Source of the DNA: Alphaproteobacteria bacterium
GTDB taxonomy: Bacteria; Pseudomonadota; Alphaproteobacteria; GCA-2731375
NCBI GenBank assembly: GCA_965232515.1
Contig: CBDDPY010000002.1
Location: forward strand, 1,984,001-2,048,000
Length of the DNA: 64,000 nt
Direction of reading: 5' to 3'
Part shown: piece by piece, positions 18,858-29,243 of the stretch
How the letters are laid out: each line of letters opens with the position of its first letter
Position numbering within the stretch: position 1 is the first letter of the stretch
Program-made: the position numbers and the translations under genes
The notes under the pieces: generated by a model
Database searches by the model: none
What the model was told of the DNA's origin: nothing
The model's input: only the letters and a program-made list of their open reading frames with translations

Positions 18858-19544
18858 CTACACAGGCAGCGCGGAGACGCCGAAGACGAGCAGGTGCAGG
18901 CCACTGATGATCAAGACGTACAGCACCAGGCCGAGCAGCAGCCGCCACCAGCCGATCTCGCCGAGCGACAGCGAGGTCCGCCCCTGGGCGATGGCGGCGA
19001 ACGGCAGCCATGAGGTCACGGCCGAAAATCGTTCCCAGGACTCGGGATCGCGCTTCGCCTGCTTGGCATCGATCAGGTGCGGGCCGATCAGCGCCAGCAG
19101 CGCGAAGCCGCCGAACAGCACCAGCGACGCCCCGTCGCCGTTCACCAGAACGTGCGCCAGGCCCCACAGCGCCACCGACCAGAGGAATGGGTGCCGGGTC
19201 AGCTTGACGATGCCGACGGCCGGGCTCTCGTCCTTCAGCGCCTTTCCCTGTCCGACCGAGGTTGGATTCCGCGTCGTCAGCCCGGCGACAAGCAGAACGA
19301 CCGCCGGCAGCATGACGACCACCGCGATCCAGTCCAGCACGACGTGGCGGTCCCACAGCGGCACGAACGGCGCCGCGCTGTAGGCGTAGATCAGCCACGC
19401 CAGCGCGCCGATGGACGCCAGCGAGAACAATCCCTGATACGGCCCCTCGCCGATCCGCCCGACGATGACACCACGCAAAGCCGTGCCTGAAATGAAGAAA
19501 TGAATGCCGAGAAACAGCCCGCAGGCGATGATTAGCGGAACCAC
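18858..19544 (-). CDS. NnrU family membrane protein
   Basis: FLGIH, Y..LFS..S, TRHPFLW, AHVLVNGD, TSWLPFAA motifs. Confidence 0.88.
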   Translation of the reverse strand: MVPLIIACGLFLGIHFFISGTALRGVIVGRIGEGPYQGLFSLASIGALAWLIYAYSAAPFVPLWDRHVVLDWIAVVVMLPAVVLLVAGLTTRNPTSVGQGKALKDESPAVGIVKLTRHPFLWSVALWGLAHVLVNGDGASLVLFGGFALLALIGPHLIDAKQAKRDPESWERFSAVTSWLPFAAIAQGRTSLSLGEIGWWRLLLGLVLYVLIISGLHLLVFGVSALPV

Positions 19545-19624
19545 GGTCGCCTCCCCTCACAGCGTTACCCCACTATGCCATCTGGCCACGACTGCCGGCC
19601 AACGCAACGGTCATTTCGTCGCGG

Positions 19625-20884
19625 CTAGCGGATCAGCATGAGGGATAGCTGCGGGAACCAGACCACGGCCGCCAGCACCAGCAGCATCAGCAGGATGAAC
19701 GGCACGACGGCGCGGCAGATCAGCAGGAACGGTTCCTTGAATGCGGTCATGGCGACGATCAGGTTCAGTCCGATCGGCGGCGTCAGATAGCCGATCTCCA
19801 GGTTCACCACCATGATGATGCCGAAATGCACGGGATCGATGCCGTAGGCCATGGCGATCGGCAGCAGAAGCGGCGCCAGCATCAGGATCGCCGAGCCGAT
19901 ATCGATCAGGCAGCCGATGATCAGCAGGAAGACGTTCAGCAGGATCAGGAACATCCATTTCTCGGTGACCACCTCGGCCATCCAGCGGGCCAGGTTCTGC
20001 GGCACCTGCTCGGCCGTCAGCAGCAGGTTGATGCTGATCGCCACGGCGACAATGGGGAACAGCGTGCCCAGCAGGCGCGATGTGTCGACCGCGATGTCGA
20101 AAAAATCGCGCGCCCGCAGGTCGCGGTGGATGAAAATCTCCACCAGCAGCGCATAGCCGACCGCCACCGCCGCCGCCTCGGTCGCCGAGAACAGCCCGGA
20201 ATAGATGCCGCCCAGCAGGATCACCGGCGTCATCATGGCGAAAACGCCCTGGCGGACGGACTGCGTCAGATCGGCAATGCTGAACGGACGGCTGGCGATA
20301 TGCCGGTTCGCCGCCAGCGCGTAGATCGACAGCACGCCCGTCAGCAACAGCCCCGGAATGATGCCGGCGATGAACAGGTCGCTGATCGAGGTCTCGGTCA
20401 CAATCGCGTAGAGGATCATCGGGATCGACGGCGGGATCACCACGCCCAGGGTCCCGCCCGAGGCCAGCGCGCCCAGCGCGAACTTGCGGTCGTAACCGCT
20501 TTCCAAAAGCGCCGGATAGAGGATGGCGCCGACCGCCAGCAGCGTTACCGGCGACGAGCCGGAGAGCGCCGCGAAGGTGGCGCACGACAGGATCGTCGCC
20601 ACCGCCAGCCCGCCCGGCAGCCATTGCGTCAGCGCCCGCATGATGCCGATCAGCCGCGCCGCGATCGAGCCGCGGGTCATGATGTTGCCGGCCAGGACGA
20701 ACATCGGAATCGCCAGCAGCACGTCGCGGTTGACGCTGGTCCAGATGTCATCGATCAGGTAGGTCAGATCGCCGTCGCCCCAGACCAGGTGCGCGTAACC
20801 GGCGGCGACGATCAGGATCAGGATGATGTTCTGGCGCAGCGCCAGCAACGCCAGAACGATGGCGACCAGGATCAGCGCCGCCAT
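19625..20884 (-). CDS. dctM: TRAP transporter large permease
   Basis: LLAIPMF, IPPSIPMILY, GIDPVHFG, LTPPIG. Confidence 0.92.
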   Translation of the reverse strand: MAALILVAIVLALLALRQNIILILIVAAGYAHLVWGDGDLTYLIDDIWTSVNRDVLLAIPMFVLAGNIMTRGSIAARLIGIMRALTQWLPGGLAVATILSCATFAALSGSSPVTLLAVGAILYPALLESGYDRKFALGALASGGTLGVVIPPSIPMILYAIVTETSISDLFIAGIIPGLLLTGVLSIYALAANRHIASRPFSIADLTQSVRQGVFAMMTPVILLGGIYSGLFSATEAAAVAVGYALLVEIFIHRDLRARDFFDIAVDTSRLLGTLFPIVAVAISINLLLTAEQVPQNLARWMAEVVTEKWMFLILLNVFLLIIGCLIDIGSAILMLAPLLLPIAMAYGIDPVHFGIIMVVNLEIGYLTPPIGLNLIVAMTAFKEPFLLICRAVVPFILLMLLVLAAVVWFPQLSLMLIR

Positions 20885-21391
20885 CTAATTGACGGCCCTG
20901 TCTACATCGCTGCCGCTGGAGCCGGGTTTCATGTCCGGCCAGACGGCGAACGCCAGATGCCGGAGCGCCGACGAGGCGAAGGCGTAGGGAATGACCAGCT
21001 GGATCGGCCAGAGCGGCCAGTACAGCACCGCCGCCCGGTCGCCGTTCGCGTAGGTGTCGGCGATATAGAGCGATGCGACGACGTAAAGCGACGCGTAGAT
21101 CGCGCAGGACAACACATCGCCGAAGCGTCCGACCGCGGGCCGCCAGGCCGGCGGAAACCAGTTGTCGGCGAACTGCGGCCTGAGGTGGGCGTTGGCCGCG
21201 GTGGCCAGCGACAGGCCGAAGAAGGCGGCGATGATGGCGCCGAACACGGCCATCTTCTGCGAACCCCAGATCGAGGTGTAGAGCAGCTCCCGGGCAATGA
21301 TCTCACCCAGCAGCAGCACGGCGACGATCGCGTAGGCGATCGCCGCCAGCACCGACTCGATCCGCAGGATGACGGCGAGCGATGCTTTCAT
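20885..21391 (-). CDS. dctQ: TRAP transporter small permease
   Basis: Four TM segments, between dctP and dctM. Confidence 0.85.
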   Translation of the reverse strand: MKASLAVILRIESVLAAIAYAIVAVLLLGEIIARELLYTSIWGSQKMAVFGAIIAAFFGLSLATAANAHLRPQFADNWFPPAWRPAVGRFGDVLSCAIYASLYVVASLYIADTYANGDRAAVLYWPLWPIQLVIPYAFASSALRHLAFAVWPDMKPGSSGSDVDRAVN

Positions 21392-21413
21392 GTCGCCGTC
21401 CCGGCTAGGTCGA

Positions 21414-22418
21414 CTAGCTGCTGGTGCAGGCTTTCTTCGCCGCGATGATGCGCTTCCAGATCGGCGGCGCGGTATCGCCGATCTCGCGGATCAGTGCGTC
21501 CTGCGTGGCTTGCGCGTGCGCGCGCCAGGATGCGCGGGCGTCGCCGGTCGTGCGCGTCACCTTGGCGCCGGCCTCCTCGGCCTTGGCGAGCAGTGCATTC
21601 TCCGCGCCGCGGATGCTCTTGCGCAGATCGTCGACATAGTTCGCCGTCACGTTGAGGCCTTTGCGCTGCTTGTCGGTCAGGCGGTTCCAGACCTTCTTGC
21701 TGACCGTCACGGTGCCGACATCGTGCGTGCCGACGCTGTCGTAAATCACGTAGGGCGCCAGCTTCGGCAGGCCGATCGCCATGCCGTAGACCGTCGAGGT
21801 ATGGATGGCCTTGACCTGCCCGGTCTTCAGCGCCGGCACCATGTCGACCACGCCCAGCGGCACGCCGGCGGCGCCGACATTCTTCCAGAACAGCGTGACG
21901 GCATTGGTCGGCGGCACCCGCACCTTGACGCCCTGCGCCGCCTCGGCCGTCGCCATCGGCACGGTCGAGAACACCGTGGTGTGGCCGACCTCGACATAGC
22001 TCAGCAGGATCAGGCCCTTCTCCTCCAGCATCGGGCCGAAGATGGTGCCGACATGGTTGTCGAAGACGCAGTCAGACTGCTCGACATTCTCGAACAGATA
22101 GGGTGCGGCCAGCAGCGCGATCTCTGGCACCACCAGCGAGGTCGCGGTGTTGGACTGGCCCGACATGTCGATGCGGCCGCGCACCACCTGGCGCAGCGTG
22201 GTCTGCTCGTCGCCCAGCTGCGAGCTCCAGAAGATGTTGATCTTCATGGTGCCCTCGGCCGTCTCCTCGGCGACGCTGGAAACCTCTTTCAGATAAACGC
22301 CCCACGGCGTCTGCTCCGGCGCCGCGGTGGCGTAGCGCAGTTCGGTCACGTCGGCGGCGCGCGCGCCGGCGATGGTGAAGAAAGCCAGCGTCAGCGCCAG
22401 CGAGATGCGTTGGACCAT
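21414..22418 (-). CDS. dctP: TRAP substrate-binding protein
   Basis: Signal peptide, SQLGDE, PYLF, KVRV, ALKTG motifs; start MVQRISL with GAGG RBS. Confidence 0.88.
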   Translation of the reverse strand: MVQRISLALTLAFFTIAGARAADVTELRYATAAPEQTPWGVYLKEVSSVAEETAEGTMKINIFWSSQLGDEQTTLRQVVRGRIDMSGQSNTATSLVVPEIALLAAPYLFENVEQSDCVFDNHVGTIFGPMLEEKGLILLSYVEVGHTTVFSTVPMATAEAAQGVKVRVPPTNAVTLFWKNVGAAGVPLGVVDMVPALKTGQVKAIHTSTVYGMAIGLPKLAPYVIYDSVGTHDVGTVTVSKKVWNRLTDKQRKGLNVTANYVDDLRKSIRGAENALLAKAEEAGAKVTRTTGDARASWRAHAQATQDALIREIGDTAPPIWKRIIAAKKACTSS

Positions 22419-22520
22419 GCGTCCCTCCCCATTGGCCCGCCGGAATTTTTGTTTGTTTGGACGCTTGGTCTCGGCGCCCATATCGTCACTTTACGGACGG
22501 CCATCGCGGCGAGCGAGTCA

Positions 22521-22546
22521 CCTACTGACATACACTTGTCAGTAGG
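22521..22546. promoter_or_regulatory. Perfect 10-bp-arm palindrome, putative operator
   Basis: CCTACTGACA-TACACT-TGTCAGTAGG upstream of the VOC gene. Confidence 0.6.
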
Positions 22547-22602
22547 CTTTTGTCATGCCGATATTGCCGCCAGGCCGTGACAACATCGGGATCAAATCTC
22601 AC

Positions 22603-22992
22603 ATGCCGCAATACATCGGCGCACTGGCGCTCTTGGTCGACGATTATGGCGCGGCGATCGACTTCTACACGCGCAAGCTCGGCTTCACACTGGTCGAGGA
22701 CACCGACCTCGGCGGCGGCAAGCGCTGGGTCCTGGTCTCCCCGCCCGGCGCAACCGAGACCTGCCTGTTGCTGGCGAAAGCCGACAACGCCGAACAGAAA
22801 ACTCGTGTCGGCAACCAGACCGGCGGTCGCGTTTTCCTGTTTCTGCATACCGACGATTTTCAACGCGATCACGACAGCATGCGGGAAAACGGCGTCCGGT
22901 TCCTGGAGGAACCGCGCCAGGAGGCCTACGGCACCGTTGCCGTTTTCGAGGACCTCTACGGCAACAAGTGGGACCTGATCCAACGGGCCTAG
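22603..22992 (+). CDS. VOC/glyoxalase family protein
   Basis: AIDFYTRKLGF, GNQTGGRV, FEDLYGNKWDL. Confidence 0.9.
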   Translation: MPQYIGALALLVDDYGAAIDFYTRKLGFTLVEDTDLGGGKRWVLVSPPGATETCLLLAKADNAEQKTRVGNQTGGRVFLFLHTDDFQRDHDSMRENGVRFLEEPRQEAYGTVAVFEDLYGNKWDLIQRA

Positions 22993-23133
22993 CCGGGCAT
23001 CCCCCGGCCATGCAATTGGCGTAATGCTGCCCTGCATCAATCGATCTTGAAGACCGCCACGAGTCGGATCATTTGCGCCGCTGTGAGCGCCGGACATGGG
23101 TCGCCGACCGCCACGCATTTGGAGACAACGACC

Positions 23134-23268
23134 ATGCGCAACCGTTTTGCCACCCTGCTCGGCCAGTTCGGCCAACTGCAGCTCTCGGCCCGTTCGCCCT
23201 CGCCGCGGGCGCCGCGCCGCCCGTCGATCGAGGACCGGCTGATCGCCCTGTTCCGCCGCTATGCCTGA
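23134..23268 (+). CDS. Putative small protein (44 aa)
   Basis: GGAG RBS, MRNRFATLLG...IEDRLIALFRRYA*, followed by a hairpin. Confidence 0.5.
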   Translation: MRNRFATLLGQFGQLQLSARSPSPRAPRRPSIEDRLIALFRRYA

Positions 23269-23272
23269 CGGC

Positions 23273-23302
23273 GGAAGCGGCCGGGCAACCCCCGGCCGCT
23301 TC
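23273..23302. terminator. Hairpin between convergent genes
   Basis: GGAAGCGGCCGGG-caac-CCCGGCCGCTTCC. Confidence 0.55.
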
Positions 23303-23315
23303 CAGCCCGTCCGTC

Positions 23316-24899
23316 TCACCAGAACCCGATCAGCACGGCCAGCATCGCCACCACCAGCAGGCCGCCCTGGACATTGAGGTTGCCGTACCAGGCCGGGCGC
23401 GGCGCGCCTTCCGGCACCACCATCTCCGGCCGCCAGGTCGTCCGCGCGATCTGTTCCGGATCGGGCGGCGCCGTCGACAGGCTGACGACGACGAAAACAG
23501 CCGTGCTGAACGCCGTCATGATGCCGACATTGATGGTGAAGTGGATCGGCCAATAACCGAACTGCCCGGCCAGGAACACGATCAGGCCGACGCCGTGGCC
23601 AAGCACCAGCGCCCAGAAGGCGCCGTCGCCATTGCCGCGCCGCCAGAAGGCGCCGACCAGGAAGATCGCCGCGATCGGCGGCACCAGGATCGAGAAGGCC
23701 TGCTGCAGGTACGACCAAAGGCCGCCGAAATTCGAGATCATCGGCGCCCAGGCGATGGCGATGACCATCAGCACCAGCGTCGTGATCTGACCGTAGCGGC
23801 CGACCTTCTCGGGCTTGAACTCGGGATGGCGCGGCTCGACGAAGTCGTGCACCACCAGCGTCGAGGCCGAGTTCAGCGTGGAGTCGACGCTCGACATGAT
23901 CGCCGCCACCAGCCCGGCCAGCACCAGGCCGGTGATGCCGACCGGCAGCATGGTCGTCACCAGCGTCGGGAACACCATGTCGGCGTTCGGCAGATCCGGC
24001 AGCAGCACCAGCGCCATGGCGCCCGGCAGCACCATCGTGAACAGCGGGATCAACTTCAGGAAGCCGCCCAGCATGGCGCCCCATTGCGCGTGCCTCAGGT
24101 CCTTGGCGCCCAGCACGCGCTGCACGATGTACTGGTTCGTCACCCAGTACCAGAAGCCCAACATCGAGACGCCCATGATGATGCCGAGCCAGGGCAGCTG
24201 CGGGTCGTCGAGCGGCCGCACCATCGACAGATGGCCGGCGGGCGCCGCGGCCACGACGGCGTCCCAGGAATAGCCAAGCTCGCCGAACATGATGATGGTC
24301 ATCAGCGTGCTGCCGAAGATCAGCACGATGGCCTGCAGCACGTCGGTGTAGACCACGGCCTTCAGGCCGCCGGCGGCGGTGTAGAGCCCGGCGAACAGGC
24401 CAAGGCCGAGACAGACCTGCCAGATCACCAGATCCGGGAAGAACGTTTTCAAGACCACGGCGCCGGCATAGAGCCCGCCGGCCGTGTCGACGATGATGCT
24501 GAGCAGGATCGTCACCACCGAAAAATAGGACCGCGAGCGCCGGTCGAAGCGCAGCTCCAGAAATTCCGGAATCGTGGTGATGCGCGAGCGCAGGTAGAGC
24601 GGCGCGAACACGAACGCCAGGATGATCAGCGGCACCCCCGACATCCACTCGTAGGTCGAGACGGAAATGCCGGCGGAATAGGCGGCGCCCGCCAGTCCGA
24701 TCAGCGTCGTGCTGGAAATGTTCGACGCGAACAGCGAAAAGCCGATCACGCCCCAGGTCAGCGCGCGGCCGGCCAGAAACAGCTCGTCGCCGGTCTCCGT
24801 CGTCTTCGCGACCCAGACGCCAATAATGATGACGATAACGAAATAGCCCACCAGCACCGCGATATCGATGCCGCTGATGGCTGCGCCAACCTCTGACAT
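23316..24899 (-). CDS. Sodium:solute (sugar) symporter, SGLT-like
   Basis: SLFASNISS, TIPEFLELRF, AVVYTD, NQYIVQR, AAIMSSVDSTLNS. Confidence 0.92.
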   Translation of the reverse strand: MSEVGAAISGIDIAVLVGYFVIVIIIGVWVAKTTETGDELFLAGRALTWGVIGFSLFASNISSTTLIGLAGAAYSAGISVSTYEWMSGVPLIILAFVFAPLYLRSRITTIPEFLELRFDRRSRSYFSVVTILLSIIVDTAGGLYAGAVVLKTFFPDLVIWQVCLGLGLFAGLYTAAGGLKAVVYTDVLQAIVLIFGSTLMTIIMFGELGYSWDAVVAAAPAGHLSMVRPLDDPQLPWLGIIMGVSMLGFWYWVTNQYIVQRVLGAKDLRHAQWGAMLGGFLKLIPLFTMVLPGAMALVLLPDLPNADMVFPTLVTTMLPVGITGLVLAGLVAAIMSSVDSTLNSASTLVVHDFVEPRHPEFKPEKVGRYGQITTLVLMVIAIAWAPMISNFGGLWSYLQQAFSILVPPIAAIFLVGAFWRRGNGDGAFWALVLGHGVGLIVFLAGQFGYWPIHFTINVGIMTAFSTAVFVVVSLSTAPPDPEQIARTTWRPEMVVPEGAPRPAWYGNLNVQGGLLVVAMLAVLIGFW

Positions 24900-25194
24900 G
24901 GCGTCCCCCTATTTGTTGTTTTTGTTGTTTCTTCAGTTGACCGACCCGGCTGTGCCGGACCGCCGCCCGCTTCGCGCGGTGCACGCGTTACGCTCATGTA
25001 ACTGAGGCGCAACGCATCGCCGTCCCCAGTGCCCGACGCGTCACGCCGCACGATTTCAACGCGTTTTGACGCGACCGGCCTCCCCTGGACCGATAAAACG
25101 CTCCGGGATCCTAGGGCGCGCCGCCCCTATCTTCCGGTATCCCCTTTGTTGCCATTTCGTGACGCGCGTGCGACCTGCTGCCGCGCGTGAAAAA

Positions 25195-26523
25195 TCACTT
25201 CAGCTCCGGCAGCCAGACGCCGTGCGCGTCGATCAGGTCGTCGACCAGCTGCCAGATCTCGTCCAGCGACAGCTCCGCCCCGGTGTGCGGGTCCAGCATG
25301 GCGGCGTGATAGACATGCTCGCGCTTGGCCGTCACCAGCGCCTCGACCACCAGCGACTGCACGTTGATCTGGGTCTGCATCAGGGCCGCCAGGTGCGGCG
25401 GGATGCAACCCACCACCATCGGCGAGACGCCATCCTCATCGACCTGGCACGGCACCTCGACACAGGCCTCGACCGGCAGGTTCGTGATGTAGCCGTCATT
25501 CGGCACGTTGCCGTTGATGGTGATCGCCTCGTCCGTGACGATGGCGTGGATGATCCGGGCGGCATATTCCTGACTCGGTTCGCAAAGCGGCAGGTCGCCA
25601 TCCAGCAGCGCGCGCTCCTGCGTCTCCCAGGCCGCGATCTGCGCCTCGCAGCGCGCCAGATAGGCGTCCAGCGGAATCTCGAACCGCTCGATCAGATCGG
25701 GCCGGTCGCGCTTGATGAACCAGGGCACGTATTCGGCGAAGTGCTCGCTCGACTCGGTGACGAAATAGCCGAGCCGCCGCAGCATCTCGTAGCGCACGTG
25801 ATTGGCGCAGCCCTCATCGTTGCGCGAGTAGGATCGGGCGTCGGCGAGCGCGCGCAGGCGTGGATAGAGGTCTTCCACGGTGCCGTCCACGTGCCGCTTC
25901 TCGAAGCGGTCATAGAAGGCGACGTGATTGATGCCGGCGCAGCGGTAGTCGATCGCCGCGGGATCCTCGCCGAGGTCCGCGGCGAGCTGCCGCGCCGTGC
26001 CCTGCACCGAATGGCAGAGGCCGACGACATCGACTTCCGGCGCCAGCCGATTGAGCGCCATGCAATTAATCGCCATGGGATTGACGTATTGCAGCATCGG
26101 CGCGCCGGGACAGACCTCGGCCATGTCGCGGGCGATGTCGACCAGCACCGGTACGGTCCTGAGGCCGCGCATGATGCCGCCGACGCCCAGCGTGTCGCCG
26201 ATCGTCTGCCGCAACCCGTATCTCTTCGGGATCTCGAAATCGATCACCGTGCCGGGCCGGTAGCCGCCGACCTGGATCATCACGATGACGAAATCGGCAC
26301 CGGCCAGCGCTTCGCGCCTGTCGAGCGTGCAGGTGATGGTCGCCCGGCTGCCGGTACCGGCGGCGAGCTTTCGCGCCACCGCGTCCGACGTCTTCAGCCG
26401 CGCCCCGTCGATGTCGTGCAGCGCGATGTGGCAGGACGTGAGGGTCTCGTCCAGCATGACGTCGGTCACGATGTTGCGCATGAACACCGTGCTGCCGGCG
26501 CCGATGATGCAGATGCGTGTCAC
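25195..26523 (-). CDS. melA: NAD-dependent alpha-galactosidase, GH4
   Basis: IGAGS, QTIGDTLG, NPM, GLCHS, GINH, TESSEH; GTG start with AAGGA RBS. Confidence 0.9.
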   Translation of the reverse strand: MTRICIIGAGSTVFMRNIVTDVMLDETLTSCHIALHDIDGARLKTSDAVARKLAAGTGSRATITCTLDRREALAGADFVIVMIQVGGYRPGTVIDFEIPKRYGLRQTIGDTLGVGGIMRGLRTVPVLVDIARDMAEVCPGAPMLQYVNPMAINCMALNRLAPEVDVVGLCHSVQGTARQLAADLGEDPAAIDYRCAGINHVAFYDRFEKRHVDGTVEDLYPRLRALADARSYSRNDEGCANHVRYEMLRRLGYFVTESSEHFAEYVPWFIKRDRPDLIERFEIPLDAYLARCEAQIAAWETQERALLDGDLPLCEPSQEYAARIIHAIVTDEAITINGNVPNDGYITNLPVEACVEVPCQVDEDGVSPMVVGCIPPHLAALMQTQINVQSLVVEALVTAKREHVYHAAMLDPHTGAELSLDEIWQLVDDLIDAHGVWLPELK

Positions 26524-26708
26524 AACCCGGTTCCTTGCCCAGGCCGACCGTCCACGCCATGGATGGCGGTCGGATGCGGTGTGAAATCCAGACGACTTAA
26601 TCCTGCTTTCACGCCGTCGGCGTCCCGTCAAACGACAAAAGAATCCGGGATTCTATGATTTTCACGTCTGTTCTTCCGGTTTATGCGTGAACGTGACACG
26701 ATGCGCCG

Positions 26709-27578
26709 ATGACCCGCGTCGACACCGACAACGTCCTCATCGAGGACTATCCGGATCGGTTCTTCGTGCAGCGCCACCGCCCCGTACCGATGCGCGCGAC
26801 CCACATCCATGGGCATATCGAGATCAACTTCCTCGAGGGCTGCGCCATTACCTATATGACGCCGGGCGGCACCCTCGTCGTGCCGCCGGACCGCATCATT
26901 GTGTTCTGGGGCCAGCTGCCGCACCGACTCGTCGCGGTCGACGGCGACGGCCTGATCACGGTTGTGTACATACCCTTCGGCGATTTCGCACGCTGGCCCT
27001 TGCCCGACCGGTTCTCACGCTCGTTGATGACCGGCGCCTTCCTATACGCCAACGACCACGATCCCGTCGACGCCGGCCGGTTCAGCCGCTGGCATGCCGA
27101 TGCCTGTTCCGGCGACGAAGTGCTGGTCGCGATCACCCGCGACGACGTGCAGCTGCGCCTGCGCCGTCTGGCCCATGCCGGCTGGCGCGAGACCAGTCCA
27201 GGCTGCGACAGCAAGTCCCGCGTACCGATGCGCAGCCTCACCCGCATCGAGGCCATGACCCGCTATATCGCCGACCATTACACCGAGCCGATCACCGTCG
27301 ACGACGTGGCCGCGCATGCCGGCGTGTCGAGCGCGTACGCCATGGCGCTGTTCAGCAAGAGCGTCGGCATGCCGATCGGCCGCTACATCACGCGCCTGCG
27401 GCTCGGACACGCGCAGGCCCTGCTGGTCGACACCGACGCCACGATCACCGCGATCGCCATGGATTCGGGCTTCCGCTCGATCTCGCGCTTCTACGAGGCT
27501 TTCAACGACGAGTTCGACACCACGCCGCGCGCCCACCGCCGGGCCGCGCGGCACCGCATGGCCGCCGCCACCGGATGA
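26709..27578 (+). CDS. melR: AraC family regulator, MelR-like
   Basis: H.HGHIEIN cupin, SGFRSISRFY HTH; divergent from melA. Confidence 0.8.
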   Translation: MTRVDTDNVLIEDYPDRFFVQRHRPVPMRATHIHGHIEINFLEGCAITYMTPGGTLVVPPDRIIVFWGQLPHRLVAVDGDGLITVVYIPFGDFARWPLPDRFSRSLMTGAFLYANDHDPVDAGRFSRWHADACSGDEVLVAITRDDVQLRLRRLAHAGWRETSPGCDSKSRVPMRSLTRIEAMTRYIADHYTEPITVDDVAAHAGVSSAYAMALFSKSVGMPIGRYITRLRLGHAQALLVDTDATITAIAMDSGFRSISRFYEAFNDEFDTTPRAHRRAARHRMAAATG

Positions 27579-29182
27579 CAACCGCACCCGTCGACTGGTG
27601 GCGGGGCGCGGTGATCTATCAGATCTGCCCGCGCTCGTTTCAGGACAGCGATGGTAACGGCATCGGCGACCTGCAAGGCATTGTCCACCGCCTGCCCTAT
27701 GTCGCCGACCTCGGCGTCGACGCGATCTGGCTGTCGCCGTTCTTCAAATCACCCATGCAGGACTTCGGCTACGACGTCGCCGACTACCGGGCCGTCGATC
27801 CGCTGTTCGGCACGTCGGCGGATTTAGACGCGGTGGTGGCGACGGCGCACCGGCTCGGCCTCAAGGTCATCATCGATCAGGTGCTCAGCCACACCTCGGA
27901 CCGGCATCCCTGGTTCATCGACAGCCGCGCCGGCCGCGACAACCCGAAGGCCGGCTGGTACGTCTGGGCCGACGCGCGTCCCGACGGCGCTCCACCCAAC
28001 AACTGGCTCTCGCGCTTCGGCGGCGTCGCCTGGCGGTGGGAGCCGCGCCGCGGCCAGTACTATCTGCATAACTTCCTGCCGGCCCAGCCCGACCTGAACT
28101 TCCACAACCCTGATGTCCGGCAGGCGCAGTTGGACAACGTCCGCCACTGGCTCGACCGCGGTGTCGACGGCTTCCGCCTCGACGTGGTCAATTACTACTT
28201 CCACGACGCCGAGCTCAGATCCAATCCGCCGCGCGGCCCGGCGCCGCATCCCTACGACCGTCAGCGCCACCATTACGACAAGTCCCGGCCCGAGAACCTC
28301 GCCTTCCTCGAAGACCTCCGCGCCCTGCTCGACGGCTACCCCGGTACGACCCTGCTGGGCGAGATCGACGACGACCCCGACGTGTCATTGATGCGGATGG
28401 CGGAATACACCGCACCGGGCCGACGGCTGCACATGGGCTACACCTTCGATTTCCTGCGCGACAGCTTCTCGCCCGACTTCGTCCGGGAGTGCCTGGAGAC
28501 CTTCGACGCGACCGCCGGCCACGGCTGGCCCTGCTGGGCTTTCAGCAACCACGACGTTCCTCGCCACGTCGGTCGCTGGACGTCGAGCGCCGACGATCGG
28601 CCGCGCCTCGCCAAGCTCTGCGCCGCGCAATTGCTCAGCCTGCGCGGCTCGGTCTGCCTCTACCAGGGCGAGGAGCTCGGTCTCGCCGACGCCCAGCTCG
28701 CTTATGAGGATCTGGTCGACCCCTACGGCATCGAATTCTGGCCCGAGGCCGTCGGCCGCGACGGCTGCCGCACGCCCATGCCCTGGTGGCACGACCAACC
28801 GAACGGCGGCTTCTCGACGGCAAAGCCTTGGCTGCCGCTGCCGCCCGAACATCTGGCCCTCGCCGTCAACCGGCAGGCCGACGATCCGGAATCCGTTCTG
28901 AATGCCTACAAGGACCTGCTTGCCGTCCGCAAACGCCACCCCGCCCTGGTCGCGGGCGAGATCCGTTTCCTCCACAGCGACGACCGCCTGCTGGTGTTCG
29001 CGCGCGTGTCGGCGAACGAGACCATTCTCTGCGCCTTCAACTTCGGCACGGAACCGACGACCTGGTCCGCGCGATCCAGAAACCGCCTGACTCCGCTCGA
29101 CGGCCATGGCTTCGACGCGACCATCGCCGGTTCCGATGTCAACCTGCCGCCGTTCGGCGTGTTGTTCGCGTTGATGACTTGA
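27575..29182 (+). CDS. Alpha-glucosidase, GH13
   Basis: WWRGAVIYQ, DFGYDV, DGFRLD, SNHD, YQGEE, GRDGCRTP; ATGA overlap with the melR stop. Confidence 0.92.
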   Translation: MTTAPVDWWRGAVIYQICPRSFQDSDGNGIGDLQGIVHRLPYVADLGVDAIWLSPFFKSPMQDFGYDVADYRAVDPLFGTSADLDAVVATAHRLGLKVIIDQVLSHTSDRHPWFIDSRAGRDNPKAGWYVWADARPDGAPPNNWLSRFGGVAWRWEPRRGQYYLHNFLPAQPDLNFHNPDVRQAQLDNVRHWLDRGVDGFRLDVVNYYFHDAELRSNPPRGPAPHPYDRQRHHYDKSRPENLAFLEDLRALLDGYPGTTLLGEIDDDPDVSLMRMAEYTAPGRRLHMGYTFDFLRDSFSPDFVRECLETFDATAGHGWPCWAFSNHDVPRHVGRWTSSADDRPRLAKLCAAQLLSLRGSVCLYQGEELGLADAQLAYEDLVDPYGIEFWPEAVGRDGCRTPMPWWHDQPNGGFSTAKPWLPLPPEHLALAVNRQADDPESVLNAYKDLLAVRKRHPALVAGEIRFLHSDDRLLVFARVSANETILCAFNFGTEPTTWSARSRNRLTPLDGHGFDATIAGSDVNLPPFGVLFALMT

Positions 29183-29243
29183 CTAAAGACAGTCTTTAGG
29201 TGGCAGCATGTCCTGACCTTCACGGCAAGGGACGGATCGGACC

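Noticed and set aside
26687-29182. Apparent 831-aa GH13 with a long N-terminal extension
   Set aside because: The extension is an alternate frame of melR; the real start is the ATGA overlap at 27575
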